A stretch of DNA of 64,000 nucleotides from a virus (taxonomy: Duplodnaviria > Heunggongvirae > Uroviricota > Caudoviricetes). Each line of letters begins with the position of its first letter. The first letter of the stretch is position 1. The DNA lies in IMG/VR virus record IMGVR_UViG_3300029841_000117, positions 26,681-90,680 of that record. One strand, 5' to 3'. A model generated the notes under the pieces. It saw only the letters and a program-made list of their open reading frames with translations, had not been told where the DNA came from and searched no databases. Positions 37,669 to 46,883 of the stretch are shown piece after piece. The position numbers were made by a program, and so were the translations under genes.

Positions 37669-38943
37669 TCAGCCGTAGCTGACCTCGTCTTTGTCTGTTC
37701 GGATAGAAATAAACACCGGGAACTGTAAGCTCTCAGCACCGGTGTTTTTGTCATATGATATTTCCTTGTATTTTACCTCGCACAACCGTCCGGGCATTTC
37801 ATCTTTAGCCGCCCAAAAAGCTGTACGCTGCTCATCGGAAAAGCCAGACCCAACATTTACTTCGTTGCCTTTGTAGTCCAGCACAAATGCGCCCAACGTT
37901 CCTGCAAGCCTGCCGCTTCCTTCTTCACAACGCAAGATATGCAAATCCATAGTGTAGAAGCGTTTGACTTTGAGGATTCCGTTGTGACGCTTTCGCTTAT
38001 ATGGAACATCAAAGTTGACCATCAAGCCCTCTTTGTCCTCCCGAACCATTTGCTCTAATAGCTCATCGATTTTTGTCTGGTCTTTACCGTGATATAAAAC
38101 AGGGAGGATGTTGACTCGACCATCTTGCGGAATGAAGCGATGAAGCTGGTCTAAGAAAGACCGGCGATACCCATAGCCTCCCTCGCTTACACCAGCATCA
38201 AATTCTTCTGTCGTCAGCACGTCGAAGATGGTGTAGCAAACTGCCGTTTTATCAGTGTCATCTGAGTTGATAATGCCCGTTGCCTTGCGGAATGCCTCAT
38301 TGTCAGACAGCGCTCCTTTATCGCGCAAGGTAAGTTCACCGTCAAAAACATAGCTATCGTTATCGTCGATTTTGAGCGCGTCCAGAATGTGCCCGAACCC
38401 TTCGTAGGGAACTCCGCTTCTTGCGAACAGTTGCCCTTTGTAGTATGTTGCTCTGACACCATTCAGTTTTTGAGTGAGCCAAAACTCTGTGCCGTCCTTG
38501 ACTGGGTATTTGTCGATTGGATATGCCTGCTGAACCTCCCATTCGGGAATCAGTCCGGGGATAACCTTGTTCACAGTTTTCGCTGTGACACCCAACCGAA
38601 GTGTTTTTGACAGAAGTTCAATGTAAAACTCGGATGACTCCGGGTCAGTTAAACACTGCACGAAGACCCGCACTTGATATACAGTTGCTGCGTCCAATGC
38701 TTTTCGCTTTGCCAGCAGCTCACAAATTTCGAAGATGTCGGTCATTGTGATTGTAATTGCTGGGTCATACTCGACAGGCGTTCGCAATGTTTGTTCCGAA
38801 ATCTTGTACGTTAGCATTGGATTCAAAGCGTAGTACAAAATCTTACGGAAATTCTCAACATCTTTGAAGGCTTGCAAGACCCGCATTTTACTAATCGCGC
38901 CGCTTGCGTTCTGCAAACAGCGGACGATTGCTATTTCTTCCAT
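37669..38943 (-). CDS. ATP-dependent DNA ligase
   Basis: Motif I WLTQKLNGVRATYY (KxxGxR), EGLMVN-type motif IV and a C-terminal OB domain. Length 424 aa. Confidence 0.65.
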   Translation of the reverse strand: MEEIAIVRCLQNASGAISKMRVLQAFKDVENFRKILYYALNPMLTYKISEQTLRTPVEYDPAITITMTDIFEICELLAKRKALDAATVYQVRVFVQCLTDPESSEFYIELLSKTLRLGVTAKTVNKVIPGLIPEWEVQQAYPIDKYPVKDGTEFWLTQKLNGVRATYYKGQLFARSGVPYEGFGHILDALKIDDNDSYVFDGELTLRDKGALSDNEAFRKATGIINSDDTDKTAVCYTIFDVLTTEEFDAGVSEGGYGYRRSFLDQLHRFIPQDGRVNILPVLYHGKDQTKIDELLEQMVREDKEGLMVNFDVPYKRKRHNGILKVKRFYTMDLHILRCEEGSGRLAGTLGAFVLDYKGNEVNVGSGFSDEQRTAFWAAKDEMPGRLCEVKYKEISYDKNTGAESLQFPVFISIRTDKDEVSYG

Positions 38944-38952
38944 ACAATCACC

Positions 38953-39699
38953 TTACGGCTGTGAGCCGTAGGCTGGCATCGGATTGAGCTTGTGCAGGTT
39001 CTGCGTATGCTTCTTTGCAATTACTTTGTCGATGTCTTCATCCCCACTACTACCGTGCATGATGTAGTTGTCGAGCTGCATATAGGTAAAGCCCAGATTG
39101 TCTTCGTCTGTCTTACCGCAAAGACCGTCCGATGGAGTCTTGTCCACCAGCTCACGAGGAATGGGGAGTTCGTAGCCAATCTGACGAACCTCATGCACCA
39201 TGATATTTGCGAGTGGGCTGAAGTCACCAGCGCTGTCACCGAATTTTGTGGAGTATCCAACATAATCTTCAGAGCGATTGCAGGTGTTTGCCACCCGACC
39301 TCCGCGAGCCAAAGACTGCGCGACCATATAGAGCGTCGCCATACGCAGCCTTGGAGGGAGATTGACCGCTGCCTGATTGCTTACTCCAGATGGCATTGCT
39401 CTGCCGACTACATCAACCATCTTGCTGTATGCGCCGCCAATGTCAACTGTAATACTTGCAATGCCAAGCGTATCGACCAGCAGCTTGGAGTCTGCGATAT
39501 CTTTCTGCCGACCATTCGGCATCAGCACACCGATAACCCGCTCTGCGCCAAGGGCTTCAACACAAAGTGCTGCGACCACGCTGCTATCTTTGCCACCGGA
39601 AATGCCGATAACAGCACAGCAGTCGTTGCCGTTTGCAGCGAAATATTCTCGAATCCACTGCACGATTTCATCTTTTGTTCTTTTCGGATTTGCCAGCAT
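38953..39699 (-). CDS. nadE: NH3-dependent NAD+ synthetase
   Basis: PP-loop GISGGKDSSVVAALC, NLPPRLRMATLY, and TKFGDSAGDFSPL...DEDNLGFTYMQLDNYI, co-linear with E. coli NadE TKYGDGGTDINPL...DEVALGVTYDNIDDYL. Confidence 0.8.
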   Translation of the reverse strand: MLANPKRTKDEIVQWIREYFAANGNDCCAVIGISGGKDSSVVAALCVEALGAERVIGVLMPNGRQKDIADSKLLVDTLGIASITVDIGGAYSKMVDVVGRAMPSGVSNQAAVNLPPRLRMATLYMVAQSLARGGRVANTCNRSEDYVGYSTKFGDSAGDFSPLANIMVHEVRQIGYELPIPRELVDKTPSDGLCGKTDEDNLGFTYMQLDNYIMHGSSGDEDIDKVIAKKHTQNLHKLNPMPAYGSQP

Positions 39700-39700
39700 A

Positions 39701-40126
39701 CTATACCTCTTTTCTCCACAACTCTACTGTGTACTTATCGGACAGTTCCTTTTGGATAAGACCCAAAATCACATTCCAGTCCCCACCGCCAAGACCGCAT
39801 CCAATCTTAAACGGCATGGCAATTGTTTCTCCTGCAGGTATGGTCAACTTAATCCGTTTTAAGCAGCTCTGAAATGCGGTGTAATCTGTGTACAGTTTCC
39901 CATCATATCCGTAGTTGCTCTGCGCAAACATATTGACAACGACTTTACCGTCGTTAGCTTGAACGAACTGCGTCTGACCGAACGCATTGCGCTCTTCGTT
40001 GCAGAAGCCAACATAGGCGTTATAGACTTCTGGATACTTGGCTCGAACCTGTTTCGCCACACCACTACCCATTCTCGCCTGACAGTTAACCTGATGGCAA
40101 ATATATTTGGCGTGGGTCTGAAACAA
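39701..40126 (-). CDS. Macro-domain protein (ADP-ribose binding/hydrolase)
   Basis: ICHQVNCQARMGSGVAKQV and the GCGLGGGDW glycine-rich loop are typical of macro domains. Confidence 0.6.
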   Translation of the reverse strand: MFQTHAKYICHQVNCQARMGSGVAKQVRAKYPEVYNAYVGFCNEERNAFGQTQFVQANDGKVVVNMFAQSNYGYDGKLYTDYTAFQSCLKRIKLTIPAGETIAMPFKIGCGLGGGDWNVILGLIQKELSDKYTVELWRKEV

Positions 40127-40152
40127 ATCTCCATCAATAATTTGTACCGGTA

Positions 40153-41643
40153 TCAGAACGTTCCTCCGTGAAGATTCTTACGAACCTCATCCAGCGTGAA
40201 CTGCTTTTCAAACTTTCCATCTCTAAACACGGTGCGCAGCTCATTGCTGTCCTGTGCTTCAGCCCAAGTAAGACCATCAACGTAATCGTAGCCGTCATTA
40301 GTTTTGACTACGCGGCAGCAACCACGCTGAGACTTCTTAAAATGTCCTGTGTCTGTCTTGGGGTTCTTGAAAATCATAATCGGTTTGCCGTCGGCATCTT
40401 CTGCATATGTCGCTTTAACTGCAATGCCGAATGTATCCCTTGTGTACGGATTGTACTGTTTGCTTCCATCGCTCTCGATTGTCTCTAAGCACTCCATTGA
40501 GAATGAACCGACACCGAGCGAAACATTATTGATTGCAAAGCCGTTTTTCTCCAAAAGAGAATAGATTTGCTCACAGCGCTGCGGAGTAATGCTGTCCCCG
40601 TAAATTGCCTTGACGTGCGGATTCAGCACCTTGTACCCCTTGCTATTTACTGTGCCGCCAAAGATGTCCCACAGACGATATACGGTCTCAGTGATTACAC
40701 TAACAGGGTCACCGCTGTCGCCGCGAATTGAGATGAAGCCATCGTGATTTAGGATGTCATCTTTGAGCTGAGGGAGGACTTTTTCAACAAGATTCCAATA
40801 GTCATAGCTGTCGCTAACCATTGAGAAGCTTTGATGCGGATACACCTCACAAAGAAGTCGTCGAATCTGTGTCACCTCATCACCGTCAACAGCAAAGTTG
40901 GAACACATTACGCTGTGTTCTGTTGAGAGCGCACCATATGCGACAGGTTCCTTGCTACAATCACAGTTGTAATTATGCTCAAGCCACAAAATCGCAGGAA
41001 CTGTCGCCGTATTCAAGAAGCTCAGGCAGAAAGCCGCTGCGCTCTTTGTTGCACTTTCAACGCTCTCTTGCCCGCGCATAGAAAAATCGCCAAGGAGCCT
41101 CGCACGAACCACACTGTCATCGCAAGTGCGTTCTGCATACTCATTGACGATTTTACGATATCTGTACCCAACCTCAGCGGAGACTTGCGTATGCCACATT
41201 GTGCAAGAGAGCATCGTCTCGATGGTGTTGACCAGCCATACGAAGTTAGGGTGTGTATTTGAGATTTCAATTTGTGGGACTTTGATATTGGTTCTCGTTC
41301 CTTCGGGAACAGCACGAATCTGTAACGGAAGATAGCCGAGGTCATGCAATTCACGAAGCCGTTTCTCTCCAACGCCTTTCGTTCTAATTGTTGCCCCAAG
41401 AACTCTGGTGTACTCCTTGAGTACACTATCAAACGGGACATTAAAGAAGTGGTCGTTGAATGCCTCAATGAGATATTCCTGAATGAATGCCTGAAGCCCA
41501 AACAGTGTAACCTTATCGGTATCACCGAGGCGACTCATGCGTGGCGTGTAGTAGGAGACCATTTTGGTCAAGCCATTCGGATACTGTTCAGCGTGACACG
41601 TCTTATAGAAGTCCAGACACAGGAGCGGATTATATGTAATCAT
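40153..41643 (-). CDS. NAMPT-family phosphoribosyltransferase (NadV-like nicotinamide PRTase or Namat-like enzyme)
   Basis: Co-linear with human NAMPT: DFYKTCHAEQYP (DSYKVTHYKQYP), IRAVPEG, GDFSMRG (HDFGYRG), VSDSYD, IRGDSGDP (IRPDSGNP), KGYKVL...IYGD, TLDEVRKN (SFDEIRKN). Confidence 0.8.
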   Translation of the reverse strand: MITYNPLLCLDFYKTCHAEQYPNGLTKMVSYYTPRMSRLGDTDKVTLFGLQAFIQEYLIEAFNDHFFNVPFDSVLKEYTRVLGATIRTKGVGEKRLRELHDLGYLPLQIRAVPEGTRTNIKVPQIEISNTHPNFVWLVNTIETMLSCTMWHTQVSAEVGYRYRKIVNEYAERTCDDSVVRARLLGDFSMRGQESVESATKSAAAFCLSFLNTATVPAILWLEHNYNCDCSKEPVAYGALSTEHSVMCSNFAVDGDEVTQIRRLLCEVYPHQSFSMVSDSYDYWNLVEKVLPQLKDDILNHDGFISIRGDSGDPVSVITETVYRLWDIFGGTVNSKGYKVLNPHVKAIYGDSITPQRCEQIYSLLEKNGFAINNVSLGVGSFSMECLETIESDGSKQYNPYTRDTFGIAVKATYAEDADGKPIMIFKNPKTDTGHFKKSQRGCCRVVKTNDGYDYVDGLTWAEAQDSNELRTVFRDGKFEKQFTLDEVRKNLHGGTF

Positions 41644-41864
41644 TCAGTTTTTCCTCTTTTCTTTAGCTTTTCACCATATTTTTCAAAAAACACAGCAAAC
41701 GCAAACGGTGCTGCAACAATCCAGAAAACGCCTACCATAATATACCCGTCTTCGAACCCATTATATTTGTTATATGGTTCTACGATAACGTACAAGCGGC
41801 AAAGTGCGAATGTTACAATCGCACCAATGCAGAGGTACAGGAGCACCAAAAGGACTATCATCAT
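41640..41864 (-). CDS. Small membrane protein
   Basis: Two TM helices. Coupled between rtcB and the NAMPT-like gene. Confidence 0.35.
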   Translation of the reverse strand: MMIVLLVLLYLCIGAIVTFALCRLYVIVEPYNKYNGFEDGYIMVGVFWIVAAPFAFAVFFEKYGEKLKKRGKTE

Positions 41865-43066
41865 TCCTCTTCACCCGCCTTAAAGTTATAAATCGGCTTG
41901 ATGATGGCATCAATGGTCACTGTTGGTTCGACATTGTTTACGATATCATCCATACCTTTGTATGCCATCGGGCATTCATCGAGCGTGCTTCTTCCAACAG
42001 ATGTAGTGTAGATACCCTCCATCTGCTTCTTGAACTCAGAAACTGTGAATGTCTCTTTCGCCGCGCTGCGGCTCATCAAACGCCCAGCTCCATGCGGGGC
42101 AGAGAAGTTCCAGTCTTCATTTCCTTTGCCGGTACACAGCAAACTACCGTCTCTCATGTTGATAGGAATCAGCAGCCGCTCACCAGCTTGTGCAGAGACC
42201 GAGCCCTTGCGAAGAATCATATTCTCTACATCGATGTAGTTGTGAATAGTCGTAAACTGCTCTTCGACATGGAAGCCCATACCCTTAACAATGGTGTCCA
42301 TCATTGCTTGGCGGTTAAGTTCAGCAAAACGTTGAGCAATTTTCATGTCATGGATATACTGCTCAAACAATTCTCCCTCAACGTATGCAAGCTGCTTTGG
42401 AACTCCCGGCTTCTTTGCCTTCATGCCTTTAAGAACAGCTTGGATTTCTTTTTGTCTTCCAGCCGCTTTTAACTCGTTGACGACCTCCTCGATTTCTTCC
42501 TTGGAATACGAGGTTAACGCCTTGAACGCAGCTTCCTGATAGAAGTTAGCAATCTCCAGACCAAGGTGTCTACTGCCGGAATGCACCACAATATAGATGT
42601 GCCCATCATCATCTTTGTTGGCTTCGATGAAATGATTTCCTCCACCAAGCGTACCGATGCTTTTATATGCGCGGTCTACATTGACCATCTTTGCACAGCA
42701 CAGTTCCGACAGGTCGATGCTACTTGCATATCTATGAGCTTCTGTGCGAATCTCAAAACCGGACGGAACTCCTGCACGAATAACTTTGTCCAGCTTCTGC
42801 GGTTCAATATGCGTTTCTTTGATACGGATAGTTTCCATGCCGCATCCAATGTCAACGCCGACAAGGTTCGGGCAAATCTTATCCTTGATGGTCATCGTGG
42901 TTCCGATTGTACAACCAGCCCCAGCATGAATGTCTGGCATCATACGGACTTTGCTTCCCTCGATGTACGGTTGATTCAAAAGATTGATAACCTGAGAGAT
43001 AGACTCATTATCGACCACGTCGGTAAACACCTTTGCAGTGCCAAACTTACCCTGTAACTCAAGCAT
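41861..43066 (-). CDS. rtcB: RtcB-family RNA ligase (3'-phosphate/5'-OH)
   Basis: MPDIHAGAGCTIG, VGVDIGCGM, HNYID and NFSAPHGAGR signatures. Confidence 0.8.
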   Translation of the reverse strand: MLELQGKFGTAKVFTDVVDNESISQVINLLNQPYIEGSKVRMMPDIHAGAGCTIGTTMTIKDKICPNLVGVDIGCGMETIRIKETHIEPQKLDKVIRAGVPSGFEIRTEAHRYASSIDLSELCCAKMVNVDRAYKSIGTLGGGNHFIEANKDDDGHIYIVVHSGSRHLGLEIANFYQEAAFKALTSYSKEEIEEVVNELKAAGRQKEIQAVLKGMKAKKPGVPKQLAYVEGELFEQYIHDMKIAQRFAELNRQAMMDTIVKGMGFHVEEQFTTIHNYIDVENMILRKGSVSAQAGERLLIPINMRDGSLLCTGKGNEDWNFSAPHGAGRLMSRSAAKETFTVSEFKKQMEGIYTTSVGRSTLDECPMAYKGMDDIVNNVEPTVTIDAIIKPIYNFKAGEEE

Positions 43067-43085
43067 TTGCCCGCCTCCTTTAAGA

Positions 43086-43898
43086 TTAAATGAGCGAAAT
43101 CATCTCGCTATTTCCGCGATAGATACTATCTGTGGTAAACACACGACTGATTAAGCCGTCTGTGAGAACCGTTCCACTGTGAATTGTGTTTTCACAATGG
43201 GTCACATACAAATACACCTCATTCGCGCCAGCCTCTTTTAGTGCCTTAGCTGTAAAAGTGAATGTGCCTCCGCGAGAACAAATATCATCGACAATCAGCA
43301 CATTTCTATCGGTAACCTTTTCTGGGCTCGTCAGTTCCAGCCGTTCAATTTTCCCGGTGCGCCAGTCTCTGTGCTTGATGCAGAACACATACTCTCTGCC
43401 AGCTTGCGATGAATATCGTTTTGCTGCTCCTTCATCAGGATAGCACAGCAACACATTTTTGTCATTCAACTTGTCCAAGACTCTTCGAATATTTGACTGC
43501 GCATCTATCACACAGACCCTATCAAACAGTGCTGTTGAAACATTCGAGTGCGGGTCGCTGACAAGCACCCGGTCAAAGCCTAATGCGTTGATGAACTCTG
43601 CAAACCATTTCAACGTAAAGACTTCATCTGCATTTTTTACTCTATCCATTCTGGCGTTTGGAATATACGGCAGACTCAAACGGATGATAGGTCTTTGGTT
43701 ATTCTCTCGAATATGGTTTGTCAAGTACCACAAGAGAATACACTCTTCATCGTTGTCGTATTTCCATGTGATACTGAAAATGGGCGATTCCATTGGTTGA
43801 GCAAACATCCGTGGGGGAAGATGCGGAGAGAATCTGAAAGAGGTTGTTCCATCAGGGAACTTTGTAAACTCGACCTGCTTGTCGTTGACAAGAATCAT
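43086..43898 (-). CDS. Ribose-phosphate pyrophosphokinase family enzyme (Prs-like; PRPP synthetase or ADPR-PP synthetase-type homologue)
   Basis: PYIPNARMDR (PYFGYARQDR), DRVLVSDPH, and the PRPP-binding loop VLIVDDICSRGGT. Confidence 0.7.
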   Translation of the reverse strand: MILVNDKQVEFTKFPDGTTSFRFSPHLPPRMFAQPMESPIFSITWKYDNDEECILLWYLTNHIRENNQRPIIRLSLPYIPNARMDRVKNADEVFTLKWFAEFINALGFDRVLVSDPHSNVSTALFDRVCVIDAQSNIRRVLDKLNDKNVLLCYPDEGAAKRYSSQAGREYVFCIKHRDWRTGKIERLELTSPEKVTDRNVLIVDDICSRGGTFTFTAKALKEAGANEVYLYVTHCENTIHSGTVLTDGLISRVFTTDSIYRGNSEMISLI

Positions 43899-44455
43899 GC
43901 CGTGACCCCCTCGTTCTCGATGTTAATCTGGCACATTTTCATTGCCGACAGTGCAGTCTTGTGACTCTCTGGTGTCACGCCAGCGCAGCAGGAAGCATCG
44001 ACCGTAATCTTAACTTCCGGCATAAACGCCTTGAGCAGCAAGGCATTTGAGATAACACAGATATCGGTACAAAGACCAACAAGGACAATTTCTTCTATGC
44101 CATCACCAAACGCAACTTTTGGATATAGGCGACCAGCAAGTGCTAATGAACCAAACGTTTTCTTCTCGAAACCATTCAACTTGTCATCCGCTGGATGCTT
44201 GCTCTGAATTGCTGCTTTGACTGAGCTATGAATCTGCCAGCCATTACTTGCAGATATACAGTGTTTTACCGGCAACAGTCTTCCTTCTTGCGTTTCGAGG
44301 TAATCATCAGAATGGGTGTCTTGTGTCCACAAAACTTCCCCATCAAACTCTTCAATTTTCTTGACGACCTTCGGCACAATAGCCTGTGCCTCCGGTGTCC
44401 CGAGCGCACCATCAATAAAGTCGTTCTGCATATCAACGACAACAAGAACCTTCAT
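43895..44455 (-). CDS. Isochorismatase-family hydrolase, nicotinamidase (PncA)-like
   Basis: VVVDMQNDF N-terminus and catalytic Cys block VGLCTDICV. Confidence 0.55.
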   Translation of the reverse strand: MKVLVVVDMQNDFIDGALGTPEAQAIVPKVVKKIEEFDGEVLWTQDTHSDDYLETQEGRLLPVKHCISASNGWQIHSSVKAAIQSKHPADDKLNGFEKKTFGSLALAGRLYPKVAFGDGIEEIVLVGLCTDICVISNALLLKAFMPEVKITVDASCCAGVTPESHKTALSAMKMCQINIENEGVTA

Positions 44456-44470
44456 TCTTCACCCTCCATC

Positions 44471-44992
44471 TCACAGCGACGTTTGTTTGCTAATAAAGTT
44501 TATCGCTTTGCCTGTTTTCTTGTTTACACCATGTCCAACAACATGGACGAGGTAATCTTCCCAAGTTTCTCCCGCTTTCCAATACTCGGAGTCCTTTTCG
44601 TATGTACCGGTTTCTCTTACAACTTCGATTTGAATAGTCCCTTTGAAGTCTGGAATTATCGTAGTCGTCCACGGTCTCTCTAAGTGATAATTGAAGTTTG
44701 GGTTATAGGCAAGAACTTCATGCAGCAGAAATACAGATACAAGACCGGCATCTGCACAGAACCGCCCCAACGGCTTCTTTGTGTCAGAATCAAAAACTGT
44801 GCATCCCCAGTCTCCATAGATGGTGTCATGGGTCAAATAATTTTTAATCCCAAGTCGCTCCATATATTCACCGTACTCACAATAATGCCAGTCGTTCTTA
44901 GTTATCCCGTTTTCATTGCGAATAATGTAGCAGGGGTCTGTAATGATAATGTCACCATCAAACTCTTTTTCCGGGGTACTCTGATATCTCAT
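44471..44992 (-). CDS. Hypothetical protein
   Basis: ORF in the array. Confidence 0.4.
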   Translation of the reverse strand: MRYQSTPEKEFDGDIIITDPCYIIRNENGITKNDWHYCEYGEYMERLGIKNYLTHDTIYGDWGCTVFDSDTKKPLGRFCADAGLVSVFLLHEVLAYNPNFNYHLERPWTTTIIPDFKGTIQIEVVRETGTYEKDSEYWKAGETWEDYLVHVVGHGVNKKTGKAINFISKQTSL

Positions 44993-45189
44993 TCTTGCTC
45001 GCCCTCCTTATACTTACAGCGAATATCTTTCTCACGCTTACGATTATAGGCTCGTTTGTTTGGAACAATTTGAGTAACGGGGCGAGCACAAGTCCAGAAA
45101 TTGCGTGCTCTCTTCGCTTGAAGTTTTCGCCTATTCTTGTCTGTCATTGAACTCGCCTCCGTTCTCAATTTGCCGACCGCTTTCCGCAT
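44989..45189 (-). CDS. Small basic hypothetical protein
   Basis: Arg/Lys-rich 66 aa. Confidence 0.3.
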   Translation of the reverse strand: MRKAVGKLRTEASSMTDKNRRKLQAKRARNFWTCARPVTQIVPNKRAYNRKREKDIRCKYKEGEQE

Positions 45190-45428
45190 GGGGCGTGATT
45201 GTTACAGAAGCCCCATGTGCACAAAGTGACATTTTTAGCAAGCAATTTCCGGGTTATTATTTTTATTCGCTGAATAAAAATTATAACCTCGGAAATGCGA
45301 GGCTAAAAATGAAGAACTCAAATCTTTTCTTCTGCTTTAAGCGAGAAGATACTACACGTTTTGCTGAGACATATGTATGTAGTCAATCTTCAAAGCGGTC
45401 TGTATCATAGCGGTTATCCGCTTATGTT

Positions 45429-45983
45429 TTAGGTTGCAATACGTCTCCCATCCATGCTCAGGAGCTGTGCGAACGCCTCGTCTTCTTCTTGCTGCTTTTC
45501 CACTTCATCATTCTGGATAGCCACAAACACTACACTGCACATACCGATGAGGTCATCGATGGAGAAATCCTCTTCCTCAATGGTTTCATCTTCGTCGGGT
45601 TCCTCTTCCAGAGAATCGAGGAAGTCGTCATCTGCATCGGCGTACTCTTCATCTTCATCTTCCTCGTCGTCCCATGCGCCGTAGTCATCGCCCCATTCGA
45701 GGACATCCTCTTTGTAGTCTTCGAAGTCATCGTCATCGAGACCATCATAATCAAAGGCGCTGTTACGACGGTAGTAATAGTACCCGCTGGGGAGGTTGCC
45801 AAGGAAGTCTCGGATGTCCCTCCAGCCGTAGTCGGCGATAGCATCGCGGATATCTTCTTCGACGCTGTCATCGTAATCATCATCGTCATAGATGTCCTCA
45901 CAGATATCGCAGTCAAAGTCGTTGCAAAAGTCTTTCAGTTCACACCACTCAGTGATATTGTCAATAAATTCATTCCTTGTCAT
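45429..45983 (-). CDS. Highly acidic Asp/Glu-rich protein (candidate DNA mimic)
   Basis: About 40% D+E with long DDDDYDD / EDEDEEYADADDD runs. Aromatic residues interspersed. Confidence 0.45.
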   Translation of the reverse strand: MTRNEFIDNITEWCELKDFCNDFDCDICEDIYDDDDYDDSVEEDIRDAIADYGWRDIRDFLGNLPSGYYYYRRNSAFDYDGLDDDDFEDYKEDVLEWGDDYGAWDDEEDEDEEYADADDDFLDSLEEEPDEDETIEEEDFSIDDLIGMCSVVFVAIQNDEVEKQQEEDEAFAQLLSMDGRRIAT

Positions 45984-45986
45984 GTT

Positions 45987-46469
45987 TTAATCCTCCATTT
46001 CCACTATTTCAGTTGAGACCCTAACGAGCTTGGACAATGCTTTTTCTGTCAGGAACGCATATTGTACGCCAAGCTGCGTACTGGTTAACTCTTTTCGCAT
46101 TGCTGTAGCCGCCACGTCAATCGACACATTGCTATTTCTCAGCTTTGTAAATTTACTTTTCAAATTACTTCCTCCGCCAGCCATATATCCGATTACCAAA
46201 TCGACATTTGGAGCGGTGCCGAGCCTTGAAGAAACCACGAACCGAAGCCAATCCTCAGACCTTTCATCAAACTCCAGAACAGAGAGTCCATCCAAGTCTG
46301 TGAGCAGATATGTTTGGACATATCCCACCCGAGAGTTTTTGACTGCCATCGGCAAGGCATCGAAATAATTTGTGGCAAGATAAAAGCCGCATCCGAAATC
46401 TCGGTGCGGCTTACACTTGTTCAGGGTTGGTACATCGAAATCTGCCGGAGTACCGTGATACAGATACAT
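45987..46469 (-). CDS. Hypothetical protein (MYLYHGT...GFYLAT N-terminus)
   Basis: ORF in the array. Family uncertain. Confidence 0.4.
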   Translation of the reverse strand: MYLYHGTPADFDVPTLNKCKPHRDFGCGFYLATNYFDALPMAVKNSRVGYVQTYLLTDLDGLSVLEFDERSEDWLRFVVSSRLGTAPNVDLVIGYMAGGGSNLKSKFTKLRNSNVSIDVAATAMRKELTSTQLGVQYAFLTEKALSKLVRVSTEIVEMED

Positions 46470-46490
46470 GGCAACCCTCCTCTATAAAAT

Positions 46491-46566
46491 TGGTCTGGGT
46501 GAGAGGACTCGAACCCCCGACATCTTGCTCCCAAAGCAAGCGCACTACCATCTGTGCTACACCCAG
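46491..46566 (-). tRNA. tRNA-Pro (anticodon TGG), CCA encoded
   Basis: Manual cloverleaf. Acceptor CTGGGTG/CACCCAG, anticodon arm CTTGC-TTTGGGA-GCAAG, T-loop TTCGAGT. Confidence 0.8.
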
Positions 46567-46595
46567 ATATAATGGTTTTGTTTCCGAACACACAC

Positions 46596-46656
46596 GCACT
46601 ACTGATGGGTTCGAACCATCCTCACCATAAGCATCGCCATCAATGCTTAGTAGTGC
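46596..46656 (-). tRNA. Degenerate 61-nt tRNA-like gene lacking an anticodon arm (probable pseudo-tRNA)
   Basis: Acceptor GCACTAC/GTAGTGC (7/7), D-arm AGCA-TTGATGGCGA-TGCT, T-arm GATGG-TTCGAAC-CCATC. Only 9 nt lie where the anticodon and variable arms should be. No CCA. Confidence 0.35.
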
Positions 46657-46694
46657 GTGCCGGGGCAAAAAGGAAAACGGATATGTCAGTCCGT

Positions 46695-46770
46695 TGGAGC
46701 TGGTGACAGGGCTCGAACCCGCGACCCAGTGAGTACAAATCACTTGCGCTACCAATTACGCTACACCAGC
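46695..46770 (-). tRNA. tRNA-Thr (anticodon TGT), CCA encoded
   Basis: Acceptor GCTGGTG/CACCAGC, anticodon arm AGTGA-TTTGTAC-TCACT. Confidence 0.8.
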
Positions 46771-46814
46771 GTGCACCCTCGTCTTTCCGAGGTGTCAGCT
46801 TTTAGCTAAAAGGC

Positions 46815-46883
46815 TGCTGATGACTGGACTTGAACCAGCGGCTCGCACTTCCGGTGCTGCTCTACCAACTGAGCTACATCAGC
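46815..46883 (-). tRNA. Atypical 69-nt tRNA-like gene (standard acceptor, D and T arms; anticodon arm reduced to GCAC-CGGAA-GTGC; no CCA)
   Basis: GCTGATG-TA-GCTCAGTTGGTAGAGC ... GCTGG-TTCAAGT-CCAGT-CATCAGC. Four nt short of a canonical tRNA. Confidence 0.4.
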
